Source: Macrostomum lignano (Eukaryota). From it: a DNA stretch of 56,051 nucleotides. Position 1 is the first letter of the stretch; every line of letters begins with the position of its first letter. The translations under genes and the position numbers were made by a program. Below are positions 12,053 to 24,996 of this stretch, piece after piece. The DNA lies in assembly GCA_002269645.1 (NCBI GenBank), contig NIVC01003525.1, positions 1-56,051 on the forward strand, written 5' to 3'. The notes beneath the pieces are model-generated. The model was given only the letters and a program-made list of their open reading frames with translations, did not search any database and was not told the origin of the DNA.

Positions 12053-13348
12053 GTCAGAACCTCACATGTGGACTGCTGTGTCATAACTAAAATCTATTAG
12101 CTTTCGGTATACAGTACACATGGATAAAAAATCTGCTTATTCATTTTTTCGTCAACGTATTTTTCACATATTTCTACTAGTAGTAGTCAATCAAATAAAA
12201 TGCCGGCCCTAAACCTACTAATTGAATATTTATAATATCCGGCTGTTTTTAATGTAAGTACTTTCATTCTTGAAGTGTCAGTTATTGTAGTTGTGCGCTT
12301 ATATTTCCTATTTATAGATTTATAAGTTTTTATATACGGCGTTAAATATACATTTTTATAGCTGTAAGAAATTAGATTTAGACGAATCTCTCACATGACT
12401 TGAAAAATGCCGCCATAAAAGAAGAATTTTCTGTGAACTCCAGAAGTGCTGAAAGAGGACGGCACCAGATCGACAGGCTGATGGAAGTATAGCTTCCAGA
12501 GTCGACCTGCTGTTTGGTTAATACTACACCTAAGATTTAGGTGCTCACGTGCGATGAAGGGCGATGAAGCAGAGTCAGAAGAAGCGCCTGAGGGCTAATC
12601 TAACGAAGTTCTATGAAAGTAGGGCTGCTGAACCTAATCCTAACACAAACGTTGGTTGAATGCTCCGAAGACCTTAACGCTAACGTAACCAGAAGACTGC
12701 ATTAGCAGACCAGAAGGTTAAGTTTTTGGCACTGTTAATGGCAGGCACGGTGTGAAAAGTAAGACAAGAATGTCTCCGCAAAGTTGACACGCATGCACCG
12801 GGAGCCAAAACAAAAGCTATAGGAGAGAGCGCATGCGCGTGCTGAAAGACTTGTGATAACAAACAACCATTTCACTCAAAGCTGATTGGTATAAGGTACC
12901 ACTTTGGAGGCAGAAAGTTCAAAGACTAATATTGGTCTCTTTCGTTCATTTATATTTTATTTACATAAAACCTCGCTACACATGATGACTTGATGTGTGT
13001 GCTTCTACGTTTTTATCGCATAAATAAACGATGATGGCTGTATGACGATTAGGTTTTAGGTTGAGCTTCCAAGCCTGAGGAGGGATTTCGGATGCGAACG
13101 CATTCTACAGAATCAGTAGCCAGGAGAATAACTAAACTTGTGATGAAATTCTTCTTATGCTTCGAATTGTTTCAAACACGTTGCGCGGTTTGTGGCATAT
13201 ACGATATACCAAAGTACCACTGTATAGAGAGGTACAGCACGTGCAGGGTCCTTGGGTGAGACAAAAGTACGAGCTACAAAAAAATCGCGACTAGGGGGAT
13301 AAAGTTTGATGGGATTCGACCTTCGGGCTCCTTGTTAGGGAAGCCTTC

Positions 13349-13712
13349 GGGCCTCAGGCTCAGAAATAAATCAATTAGAGACCTGGCCCCCCACTCCTGT
13401 CAGATGGTCAGCCCCATGGTAGCTTGATCGTGTGGCGAGCAGTCTAGGTCCTATAGCTTTTGAAAGTAGAAATTAGCTAATTCGCAGATCAACTAACTTG
13501 CTGCCACCAGCCCGTGCGCCCTGGCTCACCACACCGGGACTCTCGAAATCGGGCTTCCGACTAGAAGGGGCTTTGCACTTACCTGCCAACTAGTGTCTTT
13601 TTGCTGTCAATCTCGAAGTCATAGCCGATGATAAGGGACACTGCTGGGACTAGATCGTATTGGCCATGCAGGTACAGAGGGGACTTGTGCAGGGGATTCT
13701 TGCGGTGGCGAG
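13349..13712 (-). repeat. Dispersed repeat family A, copy 2
   Basis: Colinear with 9685-10080; donor-like GCAG|GTAAGT conserved at ~13577-13586. Confidence 0.75.
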
Positions 13713-13799
13713 TCTATGGGGTAGCTACATGTACTATTACATTGCTAAATACGAAGATATGTACTTTTGGCCTTCAACGCGCCAACTAGCCTCTCATAG

Positions 13800-14203
13800 C
13801 GCTGATGATAGAGTGATTTTGGCGTTTTTTAAGCAGAGAAGGCGAGTTTTGGGTGTGCAGAGCGTGCTTTGGGCTGGCTGAGTGTCAGTTAGGCGTAAAA
13901 TTGGGGTGGTGGGTGGGGGGAGAGAAAAACGCCAAACCCGCTTAACCAGCTAATAAACGCCTGGGCAACTTAGGCAGCTAATTTTACGCGCAACCAGCTG
14001 GAAAGACGCCTAGGCAGCTAAGTTTACGGCCATGTAGGAAAGTACGCTTGGGCCGCCGAAATTACGCTCTGCCCGCCCAAATGACGCTTTGGCTGCTCTG
14101 ACAGCCAATTTTACGCTCAACCAACTGAAGTGACGCTTAGACAGCTAAGCTTACGCCCAACCAGTTGGAATGACGCCTAGCCAGCTAAGTTTACGCCAAC
14201 GGG
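13800..14203. mobile_element. CACTA/EnSpm-type subterminal repeat module (left of the transposase)
   Basis: GGCGT-oriented motifs followed by about 13 (T/G)ACGC(C/T) motifs, ending in CCAACGGG at 14203, similar to the CCAGCGGG terminus at 22877. No matching left terminus found. Confidence 0.5.
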
Positions 14204-16393
14204 ATCATGCAAAGTACCGTCGCGCGCTGGTCGCCGCCGTCGCTGAATTCAACGGCCGCGCGGCCGCCGCGCGCGTGGCAGTGACATGAATAATTTCTCG
14301 ACGTCATCCCGCCGCCCCGCACGGTCAGCAGTCGGCTGACGGCCAGCCGCAAGGATGCGGCTAATATCGCAGCCAGATACAAGGAGCTAGTAGGGGAGAT
14401 CACGAGCGCGATTGAAAATTTCATGGCTCCATATTCGGTGTCAATATTGTTACAGTATTAGCTTGCATGGTTGACTTTGCCAGGAAGCTGCACATTTACT
14501 AGCAACATGTTGCCGCTGTATTATCACTGCGGTAGATTATACCCTTTCTGACACCTTGCATTACGTTCTGAAACGCAACAATACAATTGAAAGTAATAAT
14601 TAAAGTAGACTTTTTGATGGAATACAGTAATTCTGTTGGCAAAAGACCGGAAGCAAATGTTTTATTTGGAATTTAACTGCCGTCGAAGGCCCACTTTAAA
14701 AGACCAATGATGACTAATTATGAAATGTATTTCAATTGCGCAACTTGTTGAAAACATCTATTATAGGCATGAATGAACTGAGCGAGCACCCAACGTGTGT
14801 CTACAATTAACGACAATTGCGTTATCTTGCTCGAGTGGAATAGGCACAGATTCAAATTGCATTGTATTTCTCGCTCAGATCATGCCCAAAGAAGAGTAGT
14901 GCTGCACTTCTGTGATCTGCACTTACATTTAACTGGCTGGCATAACAGGCCTCTGCCTAAACCGGAGCTCTCTAATACTAAAAGTATTTTAGTCAATACT
15001 TGGAATGACTGGACCAACTTTTGTGTTTAGTAGTCGTTTATTTGTTGCCTAATTGTTGTGGCTTTGTGCAATGTTAAAATAAGTATAGGAGATTAGTAAG
15101 AGTAATCTGTTAAATGTTTCTTCATCTTTCATTGTAGGCAGCTTTCTAGCTGTACACTTTTTTGGCTTGTACTTAATTAATTATATGACCTTTGTATCAT
15201 TTGTGTGGCAAAATTCTTGATTTTTGCCTTTGGCATGTATATATAAATAAGAATTTGTTGCCAATTAAAGTATATGACTAGACCTATTTACAAGTCGCAT
15301 CTGATAAGATTTTTAGGCTGAGAAGGCCTAAGCTTGAGAGTTCATGTGTTTTGATTCATTATATTGATGTATTTAAACTGTCTTTAGACACATAATTTAG
15401 AGCTTTTTTTCTAGAAATCAATCAGTGTGAAATTGTGAAAATATGCATATATGATGTGATATGAATTTTGTATATAATATTTCATTTTTATTGGTTATTA
15501 ATAGAAAGTCTACATTGCTTTTTTGTCATTTTAGGCACTATCAAGCTGAAAAAATGATTTCTTGCTAGCTACTATCATTCCTAGCTATCTTTTTTTAAAG
15601 ATACAATCATGTCAAAACAGCTGAAACAATTTCTTGCATCTCATTTTGAATATCATACGAAAAGGGAAAACAAGATCTTGAAATAAATAAGTGTAGATCT
15701 CAAGCTTTCAATTCAAGATCTTAAGTCTAGGTTTCTTAATATGCCTAGGAGTAATTATTAATATGCATATTTAGGCGTAATAGGAAATTTTAATTAATAT
15801 AATTTAACATAAAGTCGTATAGTATAGTAATGATACCATACAAAAAATGGACTATTGCCTTTAATGTCCAAGAACATTTGTTTAAAAAAATATCCATACT
15901 TGGCTAGCTTAATTTATAGACTTCTGCATACATAAATCCAAGAAATAGCTTGATTTACAACTGTCCATTTAATGTATAAAAAAAGTAAGAATATAACCTA
16001 TGACACATTTTCATGATTGGTACTACTAACAAGAATAATGTTGCAAATTCCTTCCACTTCTATATCAATTTGCTTCAAAAGTTTTAGCTTCTCAAAGTAT
16101 TTATTTTTAATTTCTTCTTTTAATGTCCCTTTCTCTTTCCTTCTGTTTAAGGTAGCAACATTAGTAAACTCAAATGAAATAGACCTTGAACATGAGGACA
16201 TTAGAGGAGACTGTTGCTTCCACTTCTAGTTCTAGTTATGGCAGCATTGCCAGATTGCCAGTTTCAATATTGGACAACAGCCTCTTGTGGTTGCAGCATT
16301 ATATATATAGACTAAGCAATGGCAAGATCCTCTAAATGCAGCAAAAGACAGGCAGACAGATAATGCGATGCGACCACCCAAAAACCCACAGCC

Positions 16394-19300
16394 ATGGATG
16401 ATGTTCCTGGAGGCGTCAGGCGCCCTGACAGGCGTCAGTATTATGCAGACTACAAGCGGCAACGGATTGCCACGGAGGACCCTGTGAAGGCAGCTGCGCG
16501 TAAGGCACGTGCTGCCAAACACCAGTACCGCTATCAGGCGCGCAAACGGCAGGAAGCTGCAGGCGCAATTGCTGTACCTCCCAGTGGTGCGAATGCAGAG
16601 CCTGCAACTGAGGACACAGTGTACGACGCAGAGCATTCGGACGAGGAAATTAATCGATTTATCCCAAGACCTGCCGGCGACACAGTTGGACCCGTCGCTG
16701 GTGCAAATGCGACGCCAGCTGGCGACCACGTGCACGGGTGTGGCCAGGGGCATGGGCAACGCGAAGCATCGTATGATGCAGACGAAGAGAGCAGCAGCGA
16801 CATGGAGGATGTGCACGTGCTTGGTGGCGACCCTGCTGACAATTCCACAGATTCTGGAGACTCAGAGTCAGATGACACTGCGCAGGAACATGACTATGGC
16901 GGTCCTGACCGGCAGCAGCCAGTGACTGACGGCAGCCGTCACACATACGGCAGTTTCTGCGTTGCTGTCCAGATGTTTAAGGTGAATGTCAGTCTGAAAT
17001 TGTCAATGTCTGTCACGTATGGAATGCGAGTGCCACGAATGCGTCACCTTTTTGCGACTATACAGACGCGACACCGACTCACACGATGCGCACTGACGGA
17101 CCTGCTGCAGCTATTCGAAAGCACCCTGCCTCCTGGCTCCAAGATCCCCACGTCACCCTATCTACTGCGCAAGGCTCTCGGGGTCAACAAAAAGGTGAAC
17201 TGCACACACTACTGCCTGTCCTGCCTGGCTGAAGTCCCGGAGCAGGCCCCCGCCTGTCCATGCTGTGCTGCCGCTCTCACAGCTGACCTGCGCGGGACCT
17301 ACTGGCAGTTGGACATACTGAGCCAAGTGAGACAGTTAATCGAAACGCAGGGACTGCTGCGCAAGGTGGTGTTTCCGGCTGATCAGTCGGCCACAGAGGA
17401 GTCGCTGAGTCGCAGTACCTCCAGCAGATACCAGTATTTCAAGGCCCGTATCGACGTGGCGGCGAAGCAGCATGTCAGCGGAACGGTGAATATTGACTCT
17501 TTCCAGGTCAGTCAACTTTATGGCGTTAAAATCGTTACACTCCGGGCTGCGGCCTATAGTTACAGTCCGATAGTGTGAGTAACAAAATTAATAATTCGTT
17601 GCCATTGTGCAGGTCTTTCAAACAGCCACCTATTCAATTTGCCCGGTGTACCTGAGCATCAACGAGGTGCCCGAACGACTGAAAGGAAAATTTTTAATCA
17701 TCTGCGGGTTCTGGTGTGGACGCCGGAAACTGAATTGCACCGCCTTCCTCCGACTTCTTGTACAGCAGTTAAATATTCTGCAGTCGCGTGGCGTGGAGTA
17801 CTCCACTGGTAAATATTTACTCCAACATTGACGGATAAGACGGTCCAAAGAAAAGCATCCGCACTTAGGCTGCGTATTAAATTTTAGGTGGCGGCCCAGA
17901 CGGACTTTCCGCCGGTCGTCTGTTCGTGACAATCCTGGTGCTGCTTCTGGATGCACCCCAGCGTGTCGAAGCAACCTGTCTGCAGCAGTTTAATGCGCTT
18001 TTCGGGTGTGACCACTGTTACATCCAGACGGCCCCTGTTCCCGGTGGTGGCGGCCGTTTCTTCCCTCCTGATGTCACGAATGTGCACCTCGCCGAAGCGG
18101 AACGGCATGGCTGCCAGAACGTAACACGCCGGACTCTGGAGGACACGGTGCACCTCGCCGGTAATAAGGCACCGGCCGCCAGCAACCTGCTCGGCGTGAA
18201 GTCCGTTTCGCCTCTGATCGGACTGGTGCGACAGGGGTTCGACTACATTGTGGACTCGCCGTTCTGCTACTTGCACCAGACGCTGGGTGGCGTTAAGTAC
18301 ATCATCTGCCAGTTGTTCAGCCAGATGGACAGAAAGCCAGACAAATATGCAGGTGAGATACAGCTGCGTCTATCGCTACAAATCCATCCCACTTACAGTA
18401 CATATGAAGAATACGCAGTTGGAATCCCAATAACGGGCTTTCTTACAGTCAATCCTGATCTGCGGCACGACATTCCGACCGTGGACGTAATGACGGCCCA
18501 GATCCGGGTTCCAAGGGGCTCCATTCAGCGACCTCCCCGCAGTCTCCGGGATCTTCATCACTTCCGCGGGCACGAGTTTGAAGCGTGGCTGCTGGCATAC
18601 GGCCCTCTGGTGCTGCCCCATGTGTTGCATGGCGAGTATGAGCGATACCTGCAACACTTCCTGTTGCTGTCATCCTCCGTCTTTTGGCTGACTCTGGAGG
18701 GGGCGCCGATGACGGAAGTTGCAGGGACAAGGGCGAACCTGCGCCAGTTCGGCCATCAACTCCACGGCCTGTACTCGCGACGCGCCAGTACTTACAATAT
18801 GCACAAGGTGCTGGAGAGTGTCGTTAAGGGTTTTTAAACAAAGTTGCAGATTTTGTTCTCACTGTCACCACACGGTCATTGAAATTTTTTCCACACAGGT
18901 TACTCATCACATGACCGACTATGCCGAAATGTTCGGCCCTATCCACCTGTCAGCGGCGCAATTCGAGGCGCATCATCATGCTCTGCTCTCCCAGCTGCAC
19001 GGCAGCCGGAGCCTCGGCGCTGAGCTGCACGCCGTCATCCAGACGGAGGTCGCCTGTCGGGAACTGCGCGGTAGAGTCCCGCTTCCTCCTGCTGTCCCTG
19101 ACAACCGGCAGGAAGTGGATGGGGTGGTTGTGACTCACCCATTGCGACGGACTGACGGGTGCTTCAGACACGCGTTGCTGCCGAACGGCTTCCGTATTGA
19201 GGCCTACTCACCTCGGTTGCGGGCGCGACGCACAGTCTCCAGCTTCGTCGGCATGTTTGCGGACAACTGGTCTCACCCGAGTGATCGCTCCGCACATGAC

Positions 19301-19597
19301 TTCCTCTTTGCCCGTGTGGAAGCTATTATGCCAAGGGGCCCCCGCGTTATCCTCCGCATCGGACTGCTGCCGGTGGAGCCACCGCCTCCACAGCCAATCT
19401 TCAGTGGCGCTGCAAGCCAAGACAATGCACCCGGGGGATGCTCCTTCCGGCATGTCCGCCGTCTGCGCTGCGACCCCTTTGGAGAACTTCCGGAGGCAGA
19501 CATGCGTGAACTGGATGCGCGGCGCATCTTGGGCGCGTGTGTCCTCACAGACACGCACATCGTGCTCTTGTCGCACGCGCAGGCGTCCCATGCATGA
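16394..19597 (+). CDS. CACTA/EnSpm (CMC superfamily, Transposase_21-like) DDE transposase, 6 exons, ~915 aa, apparently intact
   Basis: Exons 16394-16981, 17066-17506, 17613-17808, 17888-18352, 18449-18807, 18899-19597; all introns GT-AG (79-106 nt); total 2748 nt. Kozak GCCATGG. Family motifs: RHRLT..LLQLF..LPPGSKIP, CxxC..CxCC, NIDSFQVF..SICPVYLSINEVP, LDAPQR..QFN..GCDHC, GVKSVSPL, YLH, PRSLRDL..EFEAWLL, YNMHKV.H..FGP..FE. Confidence 0.9.
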
Positions 19598-20193
19598 CAA
19601 ATTGCGGTGCTGCATGACTGTCTCAATGTCTGTAAACTGACTGTTTTGTAATTAAAATTTGCCTCTGCCGCCGACTGTTTGAGTTATATGTCTTTTCTTT
19701 AAACACTCTTGGATGTCGAATCTTATAAAATCCGCATACAGAAATGAGAAATTTGAATGGTAATCTAGTATGTACACCTTTTTCTGCATTTGTCTATTGT
19801 ACATATTTATATTTAATGGAAGCAAACACTGCTTTTCTTTAATATGCCGTGCATAATTTAATTAATTTTGCTCACATTTCTCCTTCGTTCAGCCAGCGAT
19901 CCTGCGATGTCAGGTCCCGTTGTAAAAAACATCCGTTTCAGAGCGTCCGTTTTGCGACTTGTCTCGCTAGATTCGATGCACTGAATTGATTGCTCTGCTC
20001 TGTTCTGTTTGCTCTGTTCCACTGACTGACTCATTGTCTTAGTTGCTTTTGTGAAACTAAAATTCAGTACCCGCGTAACGTTCCATTTCCACATTTGTGA
20101 CCATTCAATCCCCAGCTAAACTACATCCTAGATACATATCAGTACGTTTCCATATATGTACAGCGACTGCGGTGTTTTGCCCCCCCCTTGCAG

Positions 20194-21867
20194 ACGCAGC
20201 AGACGAAGACCCAGCGCAGGCCGAGTCAGCGCGCAACAACGCAGGCTTCTGCAGCAGCAGTAGCAGCAAGCACCAAGCCGAAGAAGGGCCGCAATGTTAA
20301 CTCCCAGCCAAAAGTCGCTGTACACGTGGAGAATCCCACTCCTAGCCAGCAACCCATTCTGTGCACATTCTGCGGGTCCTGGCCCCCGAGTTCCATTGCG
20401 ACCGCTGCCCCCCTGTAGGTCAGCATACGTGCGACGGCTGCAATACACAGTTCCATAATCACCCCGACCGACGCAGTCATCAGCCTGTGCGTCTACACGA
20501 AGGTAAGCTCAGAAGATATTGATACCGGGTTAAACATTTGCGAAGTCCAAGTCCACACTGTCTCGGATGCACTACAAGTCCCCCTCTCCCACGCCCACAC
20601 AATCCCTCCAGTAATCAATACGGAGCCCGCTGCCCCGTCTGTCTCTGAAGGCGCGGAAAACAGTCAGCCTGCCGCGCTAGCGACAGTCAACGAAGAAGCT
20701 GCCGGCGAAGCTGACGACGCTCCCACAGGTCCGTGCCACCAGTGCAGCTTGCTGGAGGAGCAACTCGGCGAGGCCCGGACGACCGCCAACCGCCTTGACG
20801 CGACGATCGTCGAGCTGCGCGAACAGGTCGCCGAGGCCGCGAGTGCACACCATGCAGAGGTTGCATCTCTCCGGATGGAGATTGACCACCTGCGGAATGT
20901 GTTGGCGGACCGAGACGCCGACCGACACCGTCTGGATTCTGACCTCCTGGCATTGCAGCGCAACGTCGTTGAGTGGGTGCAGTCCACTCGGCAGCACCTG
21001 CAGGGGGACCTGGCACCTCGAAGCGCGCTACAACGCCATCATTGTCTGGAAAATCGTCGTGATGAGGCTGCGGCAACCGAGTCTACGTTTTTGTCGCAGC
21101 TCTACTCTACGGAGGCGGTGTCGTTCTCTGCTGCCACTGCAGCCGCCACCGTGTCCGCCCAGCCCATGGCCGCCGCTGCTGCTGTGCATCAGCAGGACCT
21201 GGCTGCAGGCGGGGCGAGCGGCACGATGACGCCACTATTGGCCGGCTATAATATCTTGGTAAGGCGTCACACTGATTTTTTACAAAACCAAGTATTTTTA
21301 CTTGCAATCACTTCCGTTATTCCGTGTATTTCATTACACTGTCAGGTTCCTGCCCTCACCGCCGTCGTCGTTCGGTCGGCACTAAGTGACTTCAAGCGGG
21401 ACCCGGACGCTCACAATCGGAGCCGCCTGATCCGGAAGCTGCTGCAGGCCCTCTTCACCAAAGAGGAGCTGCAAATCAGCAGCTGGTCCGGCAAGACCCG
21501 CCGGCCCGGCGCTGCTAACAGCCCCGAGAAAATGATGCAGGCTCCGTCGGCTGCAAAGCTTGACGTCCTGGCGTCTTTCCTGTTGACGGAGGCCGGCATT
21601 GCTGACTGCAACGACGAGGTCCGGGCCGTGTTTAAGAACATGGCCGACAACAGTCGGCGGGGCTCGCGCCCGAAGGCTGCTCGTCCTGCCCCTGGAGGTG
21701 GCGATACGCAAGCCGAAAAGCGCCCCCGCCATGCAGAGTCTGCTATCACACTGCAATCACGGCCGGCGAATGCGGCGAATGCGTCTAATCCTGAACCGGC
21801 GGCGAATAGGGGATCTGCACCAGTGGTTAATGATGGCTCTGAACCGGCGGCGACTGCGTCTGCCTAA
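20194..21867 (+). CDS. Transposon-associated accessory protein: B-box-like Zn finger, coiled coil, BEN domain (one frameshift; start not resolved)
   Basis: Exons ~20194-20502, 20612-21258, 21346-21867. C-terminal LIRKLLQALFTKEELQISSWSGK..KLDVLASFL..VRAVFKNMADNSRR fits the BEN pattern. Heptad region LEEQLGEARTTANRLDATIVELREQV. CTFC-x8-CDRC-x7-CDGC-x4-H-x7-H results after restoring one base near 20379. Confidence 0.7.
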
Positions 21868-22479
21868 AAACGTATAATCTGTGTCAAAATAACATCACAA
21901 AAATGGTTACACGTTTTCGTCTTCATGCTGGTTTAAAAGCGCTCTTGCAAGCTAGCTTCAACTCATCCACTGTTTTTTCAGTTGCAAGTTACTAGTGATT
22001 CCCCACAAAATTTGTCCCGGCGAAAAGTTCATTATTGCTGCACCGGGATATCTGTTGAGTTTGACTCAACAGCGCCATGCTTTTATTGTTCTTTAGTACT
22101 TTGCATTGCATTACAAAAAAACAAAAAAATTACATTGTGGCTCTCATTACATTTCCAGCTCCACTGTTTTTGCTGCTCCAGCTCCACAGCATTTTATTAT
22201 GTTCCAGTTCAAGATTTACGTTTACAACTTTCTTTGCTGTTTGTATTACTTTCTTGTTACAGCTACGACTTTTATGCAGCTTGTCTTTTTGCTCAGTCAT
22301 TTGCCAGCGAATTAATGTTAATGTTAATGTTAAAAAATAATATTTAATTAAATACATACGTTCCTAGTTGTGTTATAAATTAAAAAACCAATTAAGGTAA
22401 CTAGCTAAAAATTTTCAGCCATTATCTCTTACACTTTTGATTATTTTCTACGTACGGGACGCAGCTAGTACAGTGTATT

Positions 22480-22877
22480 CCCGAAGTACCGCGGCGTAAG
22501 CAATTACCGGGCAAGGCGTATTTCAAGCGTAGCACTGGCGTATGCCAGGCTGGCAACATGCGTATCTCAAGCGTACCGCAGGCGTAAGCTTAGCGGGCAA
22601 GGCGTATTTCAAGCGTACCGCGAGCGTTAACCCCACCCCAAACCCCAGCTGGTTAGGCGTGCGTGGGCGGTTTCTAGGCGTATTTTTGGCGGTTTCTGAA
22701 AATGTGCCTCAGTTTTACGCCTGTTTTACGCTTCTTTACGCACAACCTGCTATGTTTACGCCAAGTTTACGCGAAGCTCCCCCATCCTCCCCATAGCCGC
22801 GCACCCCCACCCACCCCTCCCCCGGAGCGTTTTTAAAGCGCATTTTAGGCGTATTTCGCGCTCCGTTTTCCAGCGGG
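22480..22877. mobile_element. CACTA/EnSpm-type terminal module or ~400-bp non-autonomous element
   Basis: Begins CCCG and ends CGGG, with ATT on both sides (22477-22479, 22878-22880). Left half has GCGTA repeats and right half TACGC repeats (inverted subterminal arrays). Confidence 0.6.
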
Positions 22878-23314
22878 ATTAGACTACTAGCAGTCTTATT
22901 GAATGATTTCTGCCTCAGCAACAGCACTACTGAACAAAATGAGCAAAAGTGTGCGCCTAATTCAGCTACTGCAACAGGGGACAGATAAGGGATCACCCAA
23001 TCAAGCAAGTCTAGGTAGCCTCTCACCCAACCAATCAGAAACTCAACAGCCGGAGACCAGGTAATCCACAGTGACCGAATCGGCTTGATGCTCTGCAGCT
23101 GTAGACTCGGGATGATGCTGTCACAATCTTCGCTGTTAGCTAGCAGGTGATGCTCTTCACTTGATGTTCGCTGCTGATGACCGGGGGACTCGTCCTTGAT
23201 GATGATGGGGGGGGGGAGTTGCAATCCGGGGATCAAGAAACGACGGTCAGGCTCCGGGAGGTCTCAAGCTAGGCCAAGTTCCCAGGAGGTTGCCGTCCGA
23301 GCGGGCCAAAAACT

Positions 23315-23510
23315 CCGGTTTAAATAGCCGCCAACTGGACCGCAGTTTGTTATAATGGAACACTTCGATTCTGATTGCATGGCTGAGCCGTTTCGTTAAA
23401 ATGAGCACCGAATTTTCTGATTGGCTAAGCTTGTTGCTACCCAGAATCACGTGACCGGGAGATCCTATCAGTTCCCACAGGGTCGTAAAAAGATGACAGG
23501 TGCGGCCATA
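23315..23510 (-). promoter_or_regulatory. Second copy of the repeat-borne CCAAT/TATA-like promoter module
   Basis: TGGCTGAG..GTTAAAAT..CCGAATTTTCTGATTGG..AAGATGACAGGTGCGG matches 10180-10330; TATTTAAA on the minus strand at ~23320. Both family members also share AAAA(G)GTGCGTCCTCATC (~11411-11428, ~24020-24035). Confidence 0.5.
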
Positions 23511-24996
23511 AATCACTCAAAATCGCAACAAAATGATTTATGACTTTTCGCGTAGGATTGACAGAAATTAATGAAAAATATACATTAGAAAGCTCTTATT
23601 AAATAAGTGAAGATAATGAAGAGAAATTGCTAATCGCTAATCCCAAAGTACTTTTAGGGGTAAAACGCATAGCTGTCAAAGTTGTCACACGCTTGAGTGA
23701 ACACGAACAATAGGCTCTGACCTCATAAATCTTGATAGCCTGTCAAAATGATGAAAAAAAGCTACCGCCCGCATCTTCTCAGACCATCTGGCGCCCGCCT
23801 CAACACTGAGTGAGGCGCAGGTGGCTGTCAGACCAGCTTCGAAAGCGATGATTTTTGACCCAAAAAGCTGCGCCTATGTTATTATGACTACTAGTATGAC
23901 CAAACATTGTATCTTGTATAGATTCTATGACTATCCGCAGAAAAAGAATAAAAATGCCCTTAGCCTGTTGTCAGTAGGCTAGTAAGTTTAGAGCCCATGT
24001 GCTAGCGCGGGATATGGGAAAAAGTGCGTCCTCATCAAATTATTTAATTCTTAATTCTTTATTAAGTAAATGGATGAATATTCTCATTTTAAAATGTTCA
24101 ATTTCTTTTTTCTAAGAGGCATCACATTGTTGGTTTTATTTCCTCAGTCGTATTAGCCCTACAAAAGTCACATCACGCGACTTTAGTCAAGCTATGTTTA
24201 CAATTATTCCTGCTTAAAAAGTTAAATGAAGCTCTAAAAACAAGAATGATTTTAAGTATATTGTGCACTTTAATGAACTATAATAACTATACGCTTGTTT
24301 TAATAGGCAAAAAACATTTAAGATGTTTAAATTAATAATAAAAATAATTATTTCAACTTGAGCGGCCCGCGCCCGACGGTTCGTCGTGATCCATCCATGA
24401 AGCATGAAGGTGTGTCCGTCGTTCGACACTGTCCGTCTTACTGAGTGAAGCAAGCAAATTAATTTTGTCAGTTGTCATTAATCTAACTTGATCTATAGTT
24501 CAATACTTAATGGTAATGTTATACCTCGTCATTCAGTCTTAGTTAAATTGTATGAAACGAATATTTGTCATGTTTATGCCTAGTGTCGTTTGTCAATCAG
24601 CTCTAGGCCTATCCTTAAGAAAAAAAACCTGGCAGCAATCGAGAGTCGAAGAAATAGGCCTAGACATTGTGCCTATCTAGATCTTTTTAATATTCTATCT
24701 CTATGGCTTCTGAAGCATTTTTATATTTGCTTTTTTATGTTGGCTTTGTACATAGGGCCTATTACCATCTTACTAGGGGGCCTATCCAAATTTATTGAAG
24801 TTGATTAAGAGGTACTTGCAAGTTAATCAAACTAAATGTTTAGTAGAATATTCACAAGATCTCCACGAGACAAGATTCAAATTTCAAAATCATACATGCG
24901 CAACCTCTAATTTAAACTGGCCATAAGACTTACTTTTTGACAAAAAAATGCGACTTACTTGTGATAGAAACCCTAAAGCAAAATTAATACAATTTT

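Noticed and set aside
11591-12100. Repeat ORFs (MSACGAK, APQALIL, STAGTHF) and a CRISPR-like look
   Set aside because: Head-to-tail 21-bp units with no unique spacers inside a MITE; the frames are open only because the unit lacks stops.
15998-16201. Lys/Glu-rich 67-aa minus-strand ORF in the AT-rich stretch before the transposase
   Set aside because: No recognisable motif or splice context; compatible with AT-rich chance.
16232-21877. Numerous overlapping antisense and alternate-frame ORFs over the transposon genes, and likewise over the NIPBL exons
   Set aside because: Shadow ORFs of GC-rich coding sequence with no independent motifs.
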